Origin: an uncultured Clostridia bacterium
Lineage (GTDB): Bacteria; Bacillota; Clostridia; Christensenellales; CAG-917
Length of the DNA stretch: 40,307 nt
Reading direction: 5' to 3'
NCBI GenBank assembly: GCA_947174215.1
Contig: CAMWIB010000001.1
Coordinates: forward strand, 1 to 40,307
In this document: positions 28,801 to 35,111 of the stretch, one piece after another
Layout: the number at the start of each line of letters is the position of its first letter
Numbering within the stretch: the stretch's first letter is position 1
Position numbers and translations under genes: made by a program
The notes under the pieces: generated by a model
Seen by the model: only the letters and a program-made list of their open reading frames with translations
Told to the model about the DNA's origin: nothing
Databases searched by the model: none

Positions 28801-31800
28801 CTCTGCCATCGACCGCAGAATATCCGAGATATGAGCTTAGCGCCGACAAGACGGAATTCACCGTCTATCTCGCAGAAGGTCACGCGGGCGACGTATTCAC
28901 CATTAACGAGTACATCGAGGACTTCGAAGGACAGGCTATCGACGCAGCTAGCTACGACTTCGTTGCACAAATCGCTATTAAGGATAGCTCGCTCAAAAAC
29001 AACTACACCGCGATAAGCGACCTTAGAAAGACAATCGTCATCTCCCGCGCACAGGCGGCGGACGCGTCGGGTACGGTTTACGCACAGAACGAAAACCTCT
29101 TCTTCAACGACGGTACGATAACCTATTGCGGCGGTACGCATTATATCGTCCTCGCGTTTGAAACCGCGCTCAGCGTGCTTTCTCACAATGCGACGGACGT
29201 CATTACGTCGCTTACCCTCCACCCCTCAACCAATACGAGCAAATCAGATGAAGCGGATATCGTCTACACCTGCGACGGTGCGGAGTTCGAGGGTGCAAAG
29301 GACGTAGGTACGTACGTCATCACCGCAAGAGTAAGCCACAAGAACTATATGCCGTTTACCTTGCAAGGCACTATCACGATAGCACAAGCTACCGTTGAAT
29401 ACTACTTCACAGGAACCACAAGAACCTACGATATGGAAACTCACTTCGCCGCAGTCAGCACGGAAGAGAATACGTACGTTGACGACGGAACGGTGACTAC
29501 GATTGCTTTAAGAGGCTCGGACACGGCGACGGTTAGCTACACCTACAAGCTAAACGGAGAGGACAAGGGCAGATTTGGCGGCGCTCTTTACGTAGGCACT
29601 TACGAAATCACAGCAAAGCTCACGTTCATAGGCGACGTAGGCGGCAACTACGAGATTTGGGGTACGAACGATTCTATGACCGTAACCCTTGAAATTACGC
29701 CTTACGAAACCGAAATATTCTGGGACGGACTCGACAAGAACTACGTTTACAACGGCAACCCATTCGCGCCCGTTACGGCGTACTTCATCGGCGCGGACGG
29801 TACGACGAGAGTTGAGGCAACCGTTTCCTACGAGGGTATATCGGGTAAGGCTACGGGTGACGCCGTGATGAAGAATGCGGGTACGTACAAGCTCACCGCT
29901 ACCCACGCAAGAGGAAGCAACTATATCTTCACTCTGCCCGACGGTCAGACGGACGGCGATAACTACTCCTTCGTATCGGCGACGGAAGTAAACCTTAGCG
30001 TCAAGAAAGCGGTTATCCAAAGATACCTCGTCAGCACCTCGATTCCGTATGCGGCAACGACTTACTTCCTCGCACTCAACACCGCTAACGCCGCAAACGT
30101 AGTTGAAGCTCTCGGCGAAACGACGACGGTAACGGGTGCGGATATTACGCAAATCACCGTCTACGGCGAAACCGTAACGGTGGTATACACCTACACCAAG
30201 AGCGGCGCGAACTCCAAAGACGCATATATGAACGACGAGGGCGTAAAGACCACGCTCACCTACGGCGCGCGTAACGCGGGTACCTACACCGTAACCGCCG
30301 ACCTCAACCTCGGCGACGGCGAATCCAACTTCGAGAGCTGGACCGCGCCAAAGACGGCAACGCTTACGATAAACCGTCTTAACCTCACGGTGTCAAGCGA
30401 AACCAACTTCGTCAAGACGTACGACGGCACGAGCGAAGTAACCGATTACGTAATAAACGGCGTAATAAACAGCGCGGAGCATATCACCTACGTTGCGGAA
30501 TACTCCGACAAGAACGCAGGCGACAGCAAGCCCATCACGATAACGGCAAACACCACCGAGGGCTACGAGTATCTTAAAGACAACTACACTCTGCCCTCCG
30601 TTTCAAACGGCAGTATCTTGCAAAGAAAGCTCGTACTTATAGAGAACGACGACAAGGCGCAGGACCAGACCTCGCTTACCTTCTGGCGCAAGCCGCAGTA
30701 CGACGGACTGACGACTACGACTCACAGCCCGTTGCCTTTGACGACTGCAAACAACCTCGTTGCGGGCGACGAAGTCACTCTGAACTCCCGCTACAACTCC
30801 AAGAACGTAAAAGAGGCAAACAAGGTACTGTTCACACTCGCGGGCGCAGACAAGGACAACTACACGATAGACAACTTAGACTTCACGTCGGATGTCGATT
30901 TTGAAAACGGCGTATATCTGATTATGCCGAGAGTCACGGACATTTCGTGGTCAACAAGAACCGTCGATTATAACGGCAGAACGCAGACCGTATCCGCATA
31001 TCTCAGCGTACTCGGCGTAGACGTCGCAAACGGACAGCTCAACCTTGCGGTTTCCTTGCAGTACACGAAGGACGGCAACGGCAACACTCTTGAAACACCC
31101 GTGGACAACGCAACGTTTAGGAACGCGGGTACGTACGTAGCAACCGCTTCCCTCCCCGACGGCGCAGACGCAAATATCCTTGCAAACTACGGTATAAACA
31201 CCGATACGATGGTGCGCGAGTTCACGATAAGAAAGGTCGGCGTAGCGGTCACATGGAGCGGACTCTCATCCGTCTATACGTACAACGGCACGAATCAGGC
31301 GAGCAAGGTTACGGCGACCGCGGCTCTGCGTGGCGACGACGTAAATACTTATAAGGATATCAAATTCTTGATTGCGGTATTCACCGTTGACGGAAACGAA
31401 ACCGAATTCAAGAACGCGGGCGACTACGGACTCTCCGCACAGTTTGCAGAGAGCGTACGCGACGAGCTTAGCAACAACTATACGCTCACCAACGTAAGCC
31501 GTACGCTTACGATGAACAAGGCGACGATAAACAATATCACGTTCAGCGGAAGCGATACGTGGACGTACACCGACGGCACGGTTCACTTCTATTTCGTGTC
31601 AAACGTGGACGGAAAGTCGTTTATCGTAACGGTTCGCAACGACGGCATAACCGTTCCCGTAGTCTATTACGAGTTCGACGCGGATACGCCTATGGAAATA
31701 GACTATTCGGGCGGCGATACGTCACTTGACGAGATAAACGGCAATAACGGTATAAGGAACGTCGGCACGACGGGTATCAGAACTATAACCGCCACCATCA

Positions 31801-34800
31801 CGGAAACGGACAACTACGAGAGCTGGACGGGCGAAATCACCGTCACCGTCTTAAAGGGTACGATAAACAACGTCGTGATGGATTCCTATGCGATAACCTA
31901 CGACGGCGGTCCTCATTATCTGTACGCACACAACGTAGGCGCGAGCGTGGGTAATGGAGAGTACTCGCAGGTCAAGGCTCCCGACGGCTCAACGGTAACC
32001 ATCAAATACGAAATAGAGATAGGTACGTATTTCAACGGCGAATTCGCAGAAGCGTACAAGTGGAACTACAATTACGCAACCAACGCAGGTACGTATCTCT
32101 TGCGTGCAACCATAACGGACAACAGCGGCAACTATAACGACCTCGTTCTTCCGGGCAACAGCGACGAACCGGTTACGCTCACGATACTTCAATATAAGGC
32201 AACCGTCGTCTGGGCGTACAAGAATCAGACAAAGCCCGACTTCACCTACAACGCGGCGAATCAGACCTCGTCCGTGCAGGCGTCCATACTTGGCGCAAGT
32301 ACGTCGGGTTCGCAAAACAGAATCACGCTTGCCGTCGCAATCAGCCTTCTCGACGAAGTTGATATTCCCGACGAGCTGAAATCGCAGTTTGTCATAGCGG
32401 GCAATTACTCGATGACGGCATCCTTCACCGCCGCCGACGAAAACGAATATCAGAAGCTCAAAAACAACTACGAGCTTTCAGGTCAGACGGTGAGCGTTAC
32501 GATGAAGAAGTACGTCGTTGAAATACTGTGGTACAAGAATCCGTTGCACCACCCCGGCGAAGAAAAACTGCCCTACGACAACACCAACCCCTGCATCTAC
32601 GACGCGACGACTCACGGACTTATCGCCGAGGGCTACGGCGTAAATCCCACGGTGCCGATGAAGATAAACACCAGCGGCACGTTCGAGGCTGTTGACGCGG
32701 GCTACTACAACGCAAACGTATCAAGCATAGTTACGGGTGAGGAAAAGGTGACGATAAACGAAACCGTGTACGGCTTTGACTACGACCTCAACTACACCCT
32801 TACGAACACGAATATGAGATGGAGAATCGCGCCCCGTCCGATAACGATATCCGCGGCGGACGACAACTTCCTCAGCAAAATCTACGACGGTTCGGCAGTA
32901 TTCCAGTACAACGCAAACGGCTACGTCAAGGGCTTCGTAGCGGACGCAAGCAACGATAGCGTCGGCAACGTACAAATTATGTATACCACCGACAATTCGG
33001 CGTATGACAACAGCCACTTCACCTACTTCATCAACAACGTAATGGCTGTTGATAAGGACAAGGTGTTCCTGCCGATAACCTCGATAACCGCGGATATGGT
33101 CAACGTCAACGCCACGAACGCAACGGTCGCGCTCGGCGGACTCGTTATGGACCGCAACTCCAACGGTATATACAACTACGAGATAAACTCCGTATCCGAC
33201 GGTATCATTCAGACGAACGCTAACGTCATCACCCCGCGTAGCGTGGAAATGAGATTCCAAGACCTGTCGCACGTCTACAACGGTCAGACGTACAGCCACG
33301 AGTTCACATATGCGGAGAGTATAAACGGCGGCTTGCAGTTCAACCAGAAATACGGCTACACGCTCTTCCTCTTCTACAATGAAAGCTCCGTCCGTATGCA
33401 GCTCGTTGACGGCAACTATCTCACGGGTAGCGTATCCATCGGCGGAAACGTCAACGCGGGCGAATATAGCTACGTGATAAGCGACCTCAAAGTCGTCGAC
33501 GCAGAAACGAACGGTGCGGAGAACTACACGATTACGATAAGCAATCTCGACACTGCCCTGTACACGATTGAAAAACGCCATATCGCAGTCAACTACTCCA
33601 ACCTGTTGCAGTCAAGACAGTTGGCGTTCGTAGACGTAAGCGCAGAGCTTGACATCTCGAACAGCGACATCACCGACCTTATCGTCGGCGAGGGAGAAAA
33701 CGCGCTTACGGCGCTTAACGATTTAGTCAAAGTAAAGGACGGCCTGACGATATCTATTGACAACTCGTGGAAGAGCGATACCTACAACGCCTACACCCGC
33801 ATAACGGGTAACGTGGTTCTCGTCGGTGAAGACTCTGACTCTCCGCTTACGGTATTCCTCAACAGCGGAAACTACGAGGTTGACGCGCCCGTATTGCAGA
33901 TAACCTATTTGCAGATTGAAAGCGCAAGCGAATATAAGTTCTTTATCAACAACCTTGACGACCTCCTCCACCTCGACGGTGACTGCTATGGTCTTGCGGC
34001 GGTTCGCGGCGAATCAGATATACTCCCCACCTTTACGCAAACGGCAGATATTGACGGACTCGTAAACGGCGGACACGCAGTGATGCCTTCAATCAGGAAC
34101 TTCCGCGGACACTACGTTGGCGACAACCACTCAATAAGGAATATGACGATAGCGAAGATAGCAAACAGCTCGGCCGACAGCGCGTACACAGGCTTCTTTG
34201 CCCGCATAACGCAAGGCTCGGTTGAGAATCTCACGCTTATCAACGTACACGTCTACGCTTCAAGCGGCGTAAGCTCCGCGGGCGTATTTGCGGGACTTAT
34301 CGACGAGAGCGTAACTATATCCAACGTGACCGTCGAAGGCACGATATACGCTGATGCGGATTACGGTATGGGCGAAGGCGGCGTAAAGGTCGGCGGCTTT
34401 GTCGGAACGGCGCTCGGCGCTAATGTCACAACTGCTAACGTCGCCGTCAAGATGACCGTCGTAAATTCAAGCTCCGACAGACTCTACGTCGGCGGCTTCG
34501 CAGGCATTATCGACGGCGGCTCGTACGAGAACGTGTTCATCTTTGCGGACGTCAGCGTAAGCTACAAGACGGCGCCCACGCTCAACGCCTACTTCGGCGG
34601 AATCGCGGGATATGTCACGGGCGACGAGAATACGGTAAGCAACTATCGCTACCTTACCTCTTCCGTCTACGTAAACGACGGCGAGAGCGCAATTCTCTAC
34701 GACAAGGCGTTTGGCAACGACGTAACGTTTAATACTCAAAACAGCTCCGTCTACGACGAGTTTATTGCGGCGGACGATACTTTGACGGAAATGATATCCA

Positions 34801-35111
34801 CGTATATGATACGCGGCAATCTCTTGCCGTCGGGTGCAAACGGAACCGCCGCCAACCCCGTCACGCTTACCAACTTCCGCCAGATTGCGTTGATACTTGC
34901 GTATCCGTATATGCACTTCAACGTAGCGAACGACATAAGAAGTCCGCTCAGCATTACTACCTACCATAGAGGATTTTATGGCGTAATTACGTATACTAAT
35001 GGCGGTATGCGCTCAGACCACCCGAGCAACACCTCAGATATACCCTTGACGGACGCGGTTATCAATTCAACCCAAACCGTGGTTATCGGAAAAAAGGAGG
35101 ATAATAATTGA
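13866..35111 (+). CDS. Giant (7081 aa) N-terminally anchored surface protein with Flg_new repeats, an MBG-like repeat stalk and a GLUG/beta-helix head
   Basis: An uninterrupted 21,246-nt ORF. RBS AAGGGG at 13858-13863, so the ATG at 13875 may be the true start.
- N-terminal helix IFILSAIAILLVAIAALGATSI (nt ~13929-13994).
- Three Listeria-Bacteroides (Flg_new) repeats.
- About thirty Y-[DN]-G-x-x-[HQ] ... AG-x-Y ... NY ... W-x-I motif sets counted by eye.
- C-terminal GLUG-like repeats.
- No LPXTG motif or C-terminal TM helix. Confidence 0.9.
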   Translation: MGKMNKSLLRTSLKIKANLKRIFILSAIAILLVAIAALGATSISDSDEIAFGTQLKEGFMHDAETPTALKLKDSDLVYNTSSQTFTLTITNSIGTSSSGISTNNVSMTWTSKDRDDDGMYGKYTGNMEKPDGYGFSVERLSPNSNTYNYGSYNAFGAVLNLELPQFMQDLINSGTVKASATAKLSMRQTWNALGSGEYHMGIAGGSSLIKPSQQNVSNWDNRPSAASYLSGFTVTDKQWCNDGDWGDTITDVSVGDTTIGGKYLGIGLSGMSDHWPGYSTPDARLTSIVVTFKYSATIKISADSHAAFDYRWYGSATPTSFGALTESKTITAGNSVSKSTTNPYAFMSITPKTDLAGYRFKEVVANTTNALGATATTDFEKAPTCTIASITTTGGYTPEGSATGKLRNNKNGNSVNSTARKYNVVYRSNGGSGSDTTKTYDYDTSYSTPNPADFGFSKKDSVPAGWTYTSDNKPDISNTNRGKQYSSGNTFSNLFPNLNNNTTTLYFDTVWVEAAPTNKETSFVKMEISAYSDKYSDVEITITATKTGHTLKQVYATYTSGDINGTKIALEYVQNSTSGNKSRWMLYGISGNCDITTEWVANQYTITYDWNSGSGTNGPTTYYYGTTVTLPFGGTRDGYNLDGWTLTAASGGYATTGTQYTLPKGSYGNITAKAVWKSASVTPTQNADSTADSPDTTGVSNTGFNTAIKGLGKTYHSGQSTFDATEETAVTQKVDIPTSVQYALRTGATVKATIKGKLEVGTLNDNYVIVGSDPNASKAYGRIGINGTYASYLATSYTKVYDWDSSAECTSATQNATSAALKNTDTQVTVYVQLKREKVHKRGDAYFYAILTSFTITYSVSGGTPLTITYNGNGGTTSSNTSTEKSTYLQSTVGASATVSFPTSMFARNGYEFLGWSTTQSATSPAKKAGETASISSATTYYAIWKKKNYPVNTYDVWTDGTNYGATIRKQWYISHDDSVYLYTNNNSNTAYGYSGSSSNIYHLGGGGDYKGFTIGSPSYRIPSHNFQTHEYTYNSGNILATSNYAITGVTGAIWGFFVWNLKAPSATTANPDPVDYGTSIDMDELVTPSHEATEKEFSWDWHYVTGGGKVPFYQNHELFLVEENNKYFIRFTVKVVRGGVTLSKTAESDGSSTVTINPLRLKVEVSGNNEFNYNGKTHEFPLRTLLDEDYYKNLGYTADQIAYLVSVFEAENNDNLEHRPWFYDEAMEQENEQLPASEKRNLDKWHYGVAVRLIGLGYSSYIADGCSTDFYDGSFTVIDNIGIREFKDAGKYWASQLYIRPAVGNTVSSSLFNKNYTWSQNCDVNNGQIFSAEQANAEGTVFAEIKPANGFDIYAFYVQKTFGKIADPTPSALSLTPSNGAFDIEELKNGWALSDDERFEENWLLAITGLVNEDFDLYGKLVASMLRRDTSAPLHQRAGLYDVYLDTFSQDGQPIVKELLALLNNYGVKLESNTATVVREGFATVKMHWVNQDGTIKNGEFDFTTDISAYNGERNNFEIVPKDIELIYDGKQNNFTYNGSPQGPSNIISQGYLTDAEKQAFAAEYGDGYERLFEIYFYGIPLSSNLDWNAMSEEEQLQYIEDNKGSKAIIGYDGLNYINGVGDKYAISLFEKNAGKYAVVIIGAAYKDADGNDHDNASFNLSSHLYLYWEIKQKAIEVASSYTSMTFGDKNYGGARYTMSEIVGGDKIQIKNLTISYNNKSSDGFLRYNDLTADAVIVNGTTLSVYGTFVGRYDVTMGGVITVDMTNATGLYGVSDENYGRSTTNYSISYDDYFTIINRLLNVGSTEYTADGGETFSTQMPDMTYVYGVRKGIRIIISNFYAADFLTDDIAATEGDNVFILASELVDTSRIKLIRTHENSECTVTTDEQTGSVTYVFTAINAATYRVNISDLTYTYNGTTYGNYDITERSTNYTIRPKTIKVQWFLDGNAVEGTNVPSVVYDGNAHSVYAQFVSAASGALSTTDGLVYFGDFKDATQIYSVYEKKSPLSLEFSAVGTDSYTDVNVVDDEDTPYETYLKTLTSGNYRLAEEGEGSYSLSWEITRREFKITVTNYGNTFIYDGEAQQVVLNLKSTGGVEVTLDNFGAILSSGAKFEISEGLIFNANDKSLSATESGIYTFSYDAESKIKIDKNWLLTGKESYTGDKFLFAIVPRVLTLRFNTRVATYTSNNLISRFRASYIDSAVSLPDGDTTFTYNLSEIIHAGTYSITVTGATSESGNFVLAETNPTEWYATIANGRRRDYYTNQTVIDGYTASVTVNPYTVTLDPVAINAGLVDYVYDGLEHGYTMEYLFENFVKSMLLCDADKEGYTLNGTSNTGKNVDTYEVKILGFNPLNGYTDYRLAQEEGYSDTWAITQRPLEFVYAEYHSGGNSFIYDGNNHGYALTVNNIVDGEAVQLVFVGTNLNITSPLTVESVNTTYIYGSAATNYSIINFSLADATVDGTTFSCDNYSLPEGGANKSWSIEKKTITVEWHNTELTYRASAYTPDNGGVYATVTNSVEGDVFTLNYGGERSATNAGEYTISIEDLTGGDYANYKIEGTLSTTWTIKAKELTEFVWTGEGNGFTNTPKLAVTYNGANHNIKATPVSGAENADDGKIYDKDVTNFKFTYSSASGYVTTALLAGEYTTKISGCNSINYTVPATADVEENWEILKRELTVSYRYNYGTTITYCAAARGVVLEISGFIASDFDSNLAFTVDTNVASDNGGTASGTTYTRTLRSIDVGDYTATVSIDETCARASCYTLSGTLNAAFTITALAVTLEWRLCDANHANRTAEYDGKPHELKATVTNLASSSDEVTVTVSGAVQTNQGKYTGVATSVDNKNYTLPESEAARSCEFTISPRAINAIWESTAETYTYNGKYRSDTLTLSRLIADDEVTFKVEFYKEASGGNTLFKTATVSKNGITEYDLIASDFQIIDAATYVAIFDGKVYNADGTVNTNYTYKSLDDDRRTRYTISRATLRLSGGWNYANDVHSGVFSASTILIYNAKPYTLTTSIDTDTLFVRDDTNAKDEVSIVYTGNVNTHVGVGKYTATASSLSGTYASNYRLPTEGVSVSYAITPKGVTLVWENYTGIVYDGQTHTVTAKVEFGGANDTDGLAYDGDKVTVNQYENNAYRGADTYTSTALSLDNDDYVIENESSLEWTIAPRPVELVWSDDKIEYDGTLKTVTATASNLIAGDSITPLTYENNQYTNKGTYTATVTKLTNTNYTLTDGKNISHEWEITPIVLAFGWSSASGRIYNGNAQGITLTISNIADADFENASSLSFTAEYTPADSQTATENRTANPIKITYTAINAGSYTINITALDGTSKDNYVLPDNVSATYVIAARVIDLDWTAGTFIYSKENHEVTASVTNTVEGDTLVLTYKTTDGASYSVSGLATVGNVAMHAGSYSTVVTAVDNKNYTVTGANDLTFDWTISPKTITDVTFMLDGKESLSATYDRTQHVLTATANGSATSADDGKIYDGDTVTFSYAGTVTENYGLSAINNNSALEAGEYSVSLSISDNDDYIVESLSCGFTVNRRTLTLTKEDVTSTSFVYDGKSQGVKITVNGLLEYDNNSTRFNLDGVISPSGTADSAVRSGANYSKRFLATDAGTYTLTFSLSGSRYQNYELTPFECSFTIIRKQITTQISADVTADNITYRAEAIAASDLSVTFNNLITGERLTLGDDFTVSFAKDGDALDGAPINVGTYTAIISLKNDGNSSVNYELIGTTEFNFDIKPYEIHKNTLGWTLNGNTVSLDALTFKDGENKTVTVGSVKDDVFNKIAGKSFSYVYFGLCNCGLAARSSAELDEEHLEHQWFAPDGNFRTEGPQHAGSYFVVLTLSGGDAENFVLTGFDGYTGDYFCTEDDETYLAYYRSEEKFTGTPLPKLSDNTQALRFGIGRLHQGVVVVGAKSSLPFKGTAYTVGSGLPAASAADTSNIRVEIGSGTYTYEAYSSATFNAIRNAGDYTIKIYDNSASGDSGTVSGCDLFNSDAEMEITMTLTVEKAKITVTDSTEPYWTKVYDRTTAYSGFAYDRNVTFTSTTDGDGNVIATSDGVLTGTTATVTAVFDNYNAGTRKLTFTLSGTDRDNYYIVLSKNGTVMGEDEYTVNGYTYAINNAEILKRTITVAGDADKVFDGTKTVQFEIVSADIISGDSVTVTGEYASEHVGTHNITLTATNDNYEVASDIAVRGTISPKPLTVVWARTDESTTVTYDGDEHGVTATISGMIDGYIEDITATIADISTTQITADTVYPVSFVSVNAGDYSVVLTLKENSDYSLSSSMDSAEWTISKRVLDISWITDDKADGAYIYEWVGFTVQFANVSRSITPQINNIVGDDDVQVTVRNNSRTQVGDRTAEITGISGDASENYALPTNRTQQFSIVKAEIKSITLSDLTAVYNGTAQGVEVSSYVTQHGITVNVTYSGGEAKTADTVDGLNAFINVTGEEGKTITATISEDDYYEELTLTATVIITPSPITSITLTSRTVVYNGTERSISVNTTVTNYGDEVTVTYTINGNEGNSAKDAGTYTVVATIAADDDNYVTLTRTATLTINKADIDESRISVDEDFGTIIYNAQYHGIAIEVTDDETQYGDRVTITYYGGENNSGQAKNVGKYEINAVVSAGKNYNDYTTTKSTLTIAQKDINLTLRESDKSFTYDGNAHTARATFELGAENDTDKKVYDGDTVTVTLTYLGTSGVAQGDTVLKNSGKYTVSARLSTNNYRPILDVTEIVINKATIEGYYFVGDSFMYNKKSRALGINTENASLSDPIIRTLNLLSTDSGTVEYAYTTTEGGEYDKTFTGAVNAGTYYLKATITASGDAEGNYELWEKYATLVITPSTFTSFTMEEVSVNYNGLAHSITITVAEPEKQLINGVYYTAYGDKVTVTYTISDGKNDETEGNSAIFVNVVGGAVAAYTVTAHCSFEDDVKGNYRTDNLNISASLTILPTTLRNITLTGENAVYDGNAHNATLSLPSTAEYPRYELSADKTEFTVYLAEGHAGDVFTINEYIEDFEGQAIDAASYDFVAQIAIKDSSLKNNYTAISDLRKTIVISRAQAADASGTVYAQNENLFFNDGTITYCGGTHYIVLAFETALSVLSHNATDVITSLTLHPSTNTSKSDEADIVYTCDGAEFEGAKDVGTYVITARVSHKNYMPFTLQGTITIAQATVEYYFTGTTRTYDMETHFAAVSTEENTYVDDGTVTTIALRGSDTATVSYTYKLNGEDKGRFGGALYVGTYEITAKLTFIGDVGGNYEIWGTNDSMTVTLEITPYETEIFWDGLDKNYVYNGNPFAPVTAYFIGADGTTRVEATVSYEGISGKATGDAVMKNAGTYKLTATHARGSNYIFTLPDGQTDGDNYSFVSATEVNLSVKKAVIQRYLVSTSIPYAATTYFLALNTANAANVVEALGETTTVTGADITQITVYGETVTVVYTYTKSGANSKDAYMNDEGVKTTLTYGARNAGTYTVTADLNLGDGESNFESWTAPKTATLTINRLNLTVSSETNFVKTYDGTSEVTDYVINGVINSAEHITYVAEYSDKNAGDSKPITITANTTEGYEYLKDNYTLPSVSNGSILQRKLVLIENDDKAQDQTSLTFWRKPQYDGLTTTTHSPLPLTTANNLVAGDEVTLNSRYNSKNVKEANKVLFTLAGADKDNYTIDNLDFTSDVDFENGVYLIMPRVTDISWSTRTVDYNGRTQTVSAYLSVLGVDVANGQLNLAVSLQYTKDGNGNTLETPVDNATFRNAGTYVATASLPDGADANILANYGINTDTMVREFTIRKVGVAVTWSGLSSVYTYNGTNQASKVTATAALRGDDVNTYKDIKFLIAVFTVDGNETEFKNAGDYGLSAQFAESVRDELSNNYTLTNVSRTLTMNKATINNITFSGSDTWTYTDGTVHFYFVSNVDGKSFIVTVRNDGITVPVVYYEFDADTPMEIDYSGGDTSLDEINGNNGIRNVGTTGIRTITATITETDNYESWTGEITVTVLKGTINNVVMDSYAITYDGGPHYLYAHNVGASVGNGEYSQVKAPDGSTVTIKYEIEIGTYFNGEFAEAYKWNYNYATNAGTYLLRATITDNSGNYNDLVLPGNSDEPVTLTILQYKATVVWAYKNQTKPDFTYNAANQTSSVQASILGASTSGSQNRITLAVAISLLDEVDIPDELKSQFVIAGNYSMTASFTAADENEYQKLKNNYELSGQTVSVTMKKYVVEILWYKNPLHHPGEEKLPYDNTNPCIYDATTHGLIAEGYGVNPTVPMKINTSGTFEAVDAGYYNANVSSIVTGEEKVTINETVYGFDYDLNYTLTNTNMRWRIAPRPITISAADDNFLSKIYDGSAVFQYNANGYVKGFVADASNDSVGNVQIMYTTDNSAYDNSHFTYFINNVMAVDKDKVFLPITSITADMVNVNATNATVALGGLVMDRNSNGIYNYEINSVSDGIIQTNANVITPRSVEMRFQDLSHVYNGQTYSHEFTYAESINGGLQFNQKYGYTLFLFYNESSVRMQLVDGNYLTGSVSIGGNVNAGEYSYVISDLKVVDAETNGAENYTITISNLDTALYTIEKRHIAVNYSNLLQSRQLAFVDVSAELDISNSDITDLIVGEGENALTALNDLVKVKDGLTISIDNSWKSDTYNAYTRITGNVVLVGEDSDSPLTVFLNSGNYEVDAPVLQITYLQIESASEYKFFINNLDDLLHLDGDCYGLAAVRGESDILPTFTQTADIDGLVNGGHAVMPSIRNFRGHYVGDNHSIRNMTIAKIANSSADSAYTGFFARITQGSVENLTLINVHVYASSGVSSAGVFAGLIDESVTISNVTVEGTIYADADYGMGEGGVKVGGFVGTALGANVTTANVAVKMTVVNSSSDRLYVGGFAGIIDGGSYENVFIFADVSVSYKTAPTLNAYFGGIAGYVTGDENTVSNYRYLTSSVYVNDGESAILYDKAFGNDVTFNTQNSSVYDEFIAADDTLTEMISTYMIRGNLLPSGANGTAANPVTLTNFRQIALILAYPYMHFNVANDIRSPLSITTYHRGFYGVITYTNGGMRSDHPSNTSDIPLTDAVINSTQTVVIGKKEDNN
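15126..16706 (+). other. Three Flg_new (Listeria-Bacteroides repeat) domains inside the giant ORF
   Basis: Copy 1, 15126-15407: KYNVVYRSNGGSGSD...GWTY...FDTVWVEA. Copy 2, 15672-15896: QYTITYDWNSGSGTNG...GYNLDGWTL...AKAVWK. Copy 3, 16461-16706: LTITYNGNGGTT...GYEFLGWST...YYAIWKK. Confidence 0.75.
17325..33600 (+). repeat. Array of divergent MBG-like (YDG/NY-type) Ig-like repeats, coding
   Basis: Units of about 90-100 aa recur, for example LTVEWHNTELTYRASAYTP...NAGEYTISI...ANYKIEGTLSTTWTIKAK. The repeats are diverged at the DNA level. Only short strings such as TACGACGGCAACGCGCAC recur (19750, 27858 and, with one mismatch, 28773). Confidence 0.7.
34053..34626 (+). other. GLUG-motif / beta-helix-like C-terminal domain of the giant protein
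   Basis: Periodic segments: YTGFFARITQGSVENLTLINVHV, SAGVFAGLIDESVTISNVTVEG, VKVGGFVGTALGANVTTANVAV, LYVGGFAGIIDGGSYENVFI, AYFGGIAGYVTGD. Confidence 0.6.

Noticed and set aside
17325-33600. The repetitive DNA could be mistaken for a CRISPR array or a satellite repeat
   Set aside because: The repeats are in-frame protein-domain repeats of about 270-300 nt that have diverged strongly at the DNA level. There is no pattern of short identical repeats with unique spacers, and no cas genes.
14024-34967. Many long minus-strand ORFs (up to 346 aa, e.g. 20034-21065, 28182-29222, 32721-33581) and short plus-strand out-of-frame ORFs inside the giant gene
   Set aside because: They lie entirely within the 7081-aa ORF. 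Their products are R/V/C-rich and low in complexity. They are explained by codon bias in the giant gene (ACG, GAC, GGC, TAC, AAC), whose reverse complements contain no stop codons. None has an RBS or recognisable motifs.
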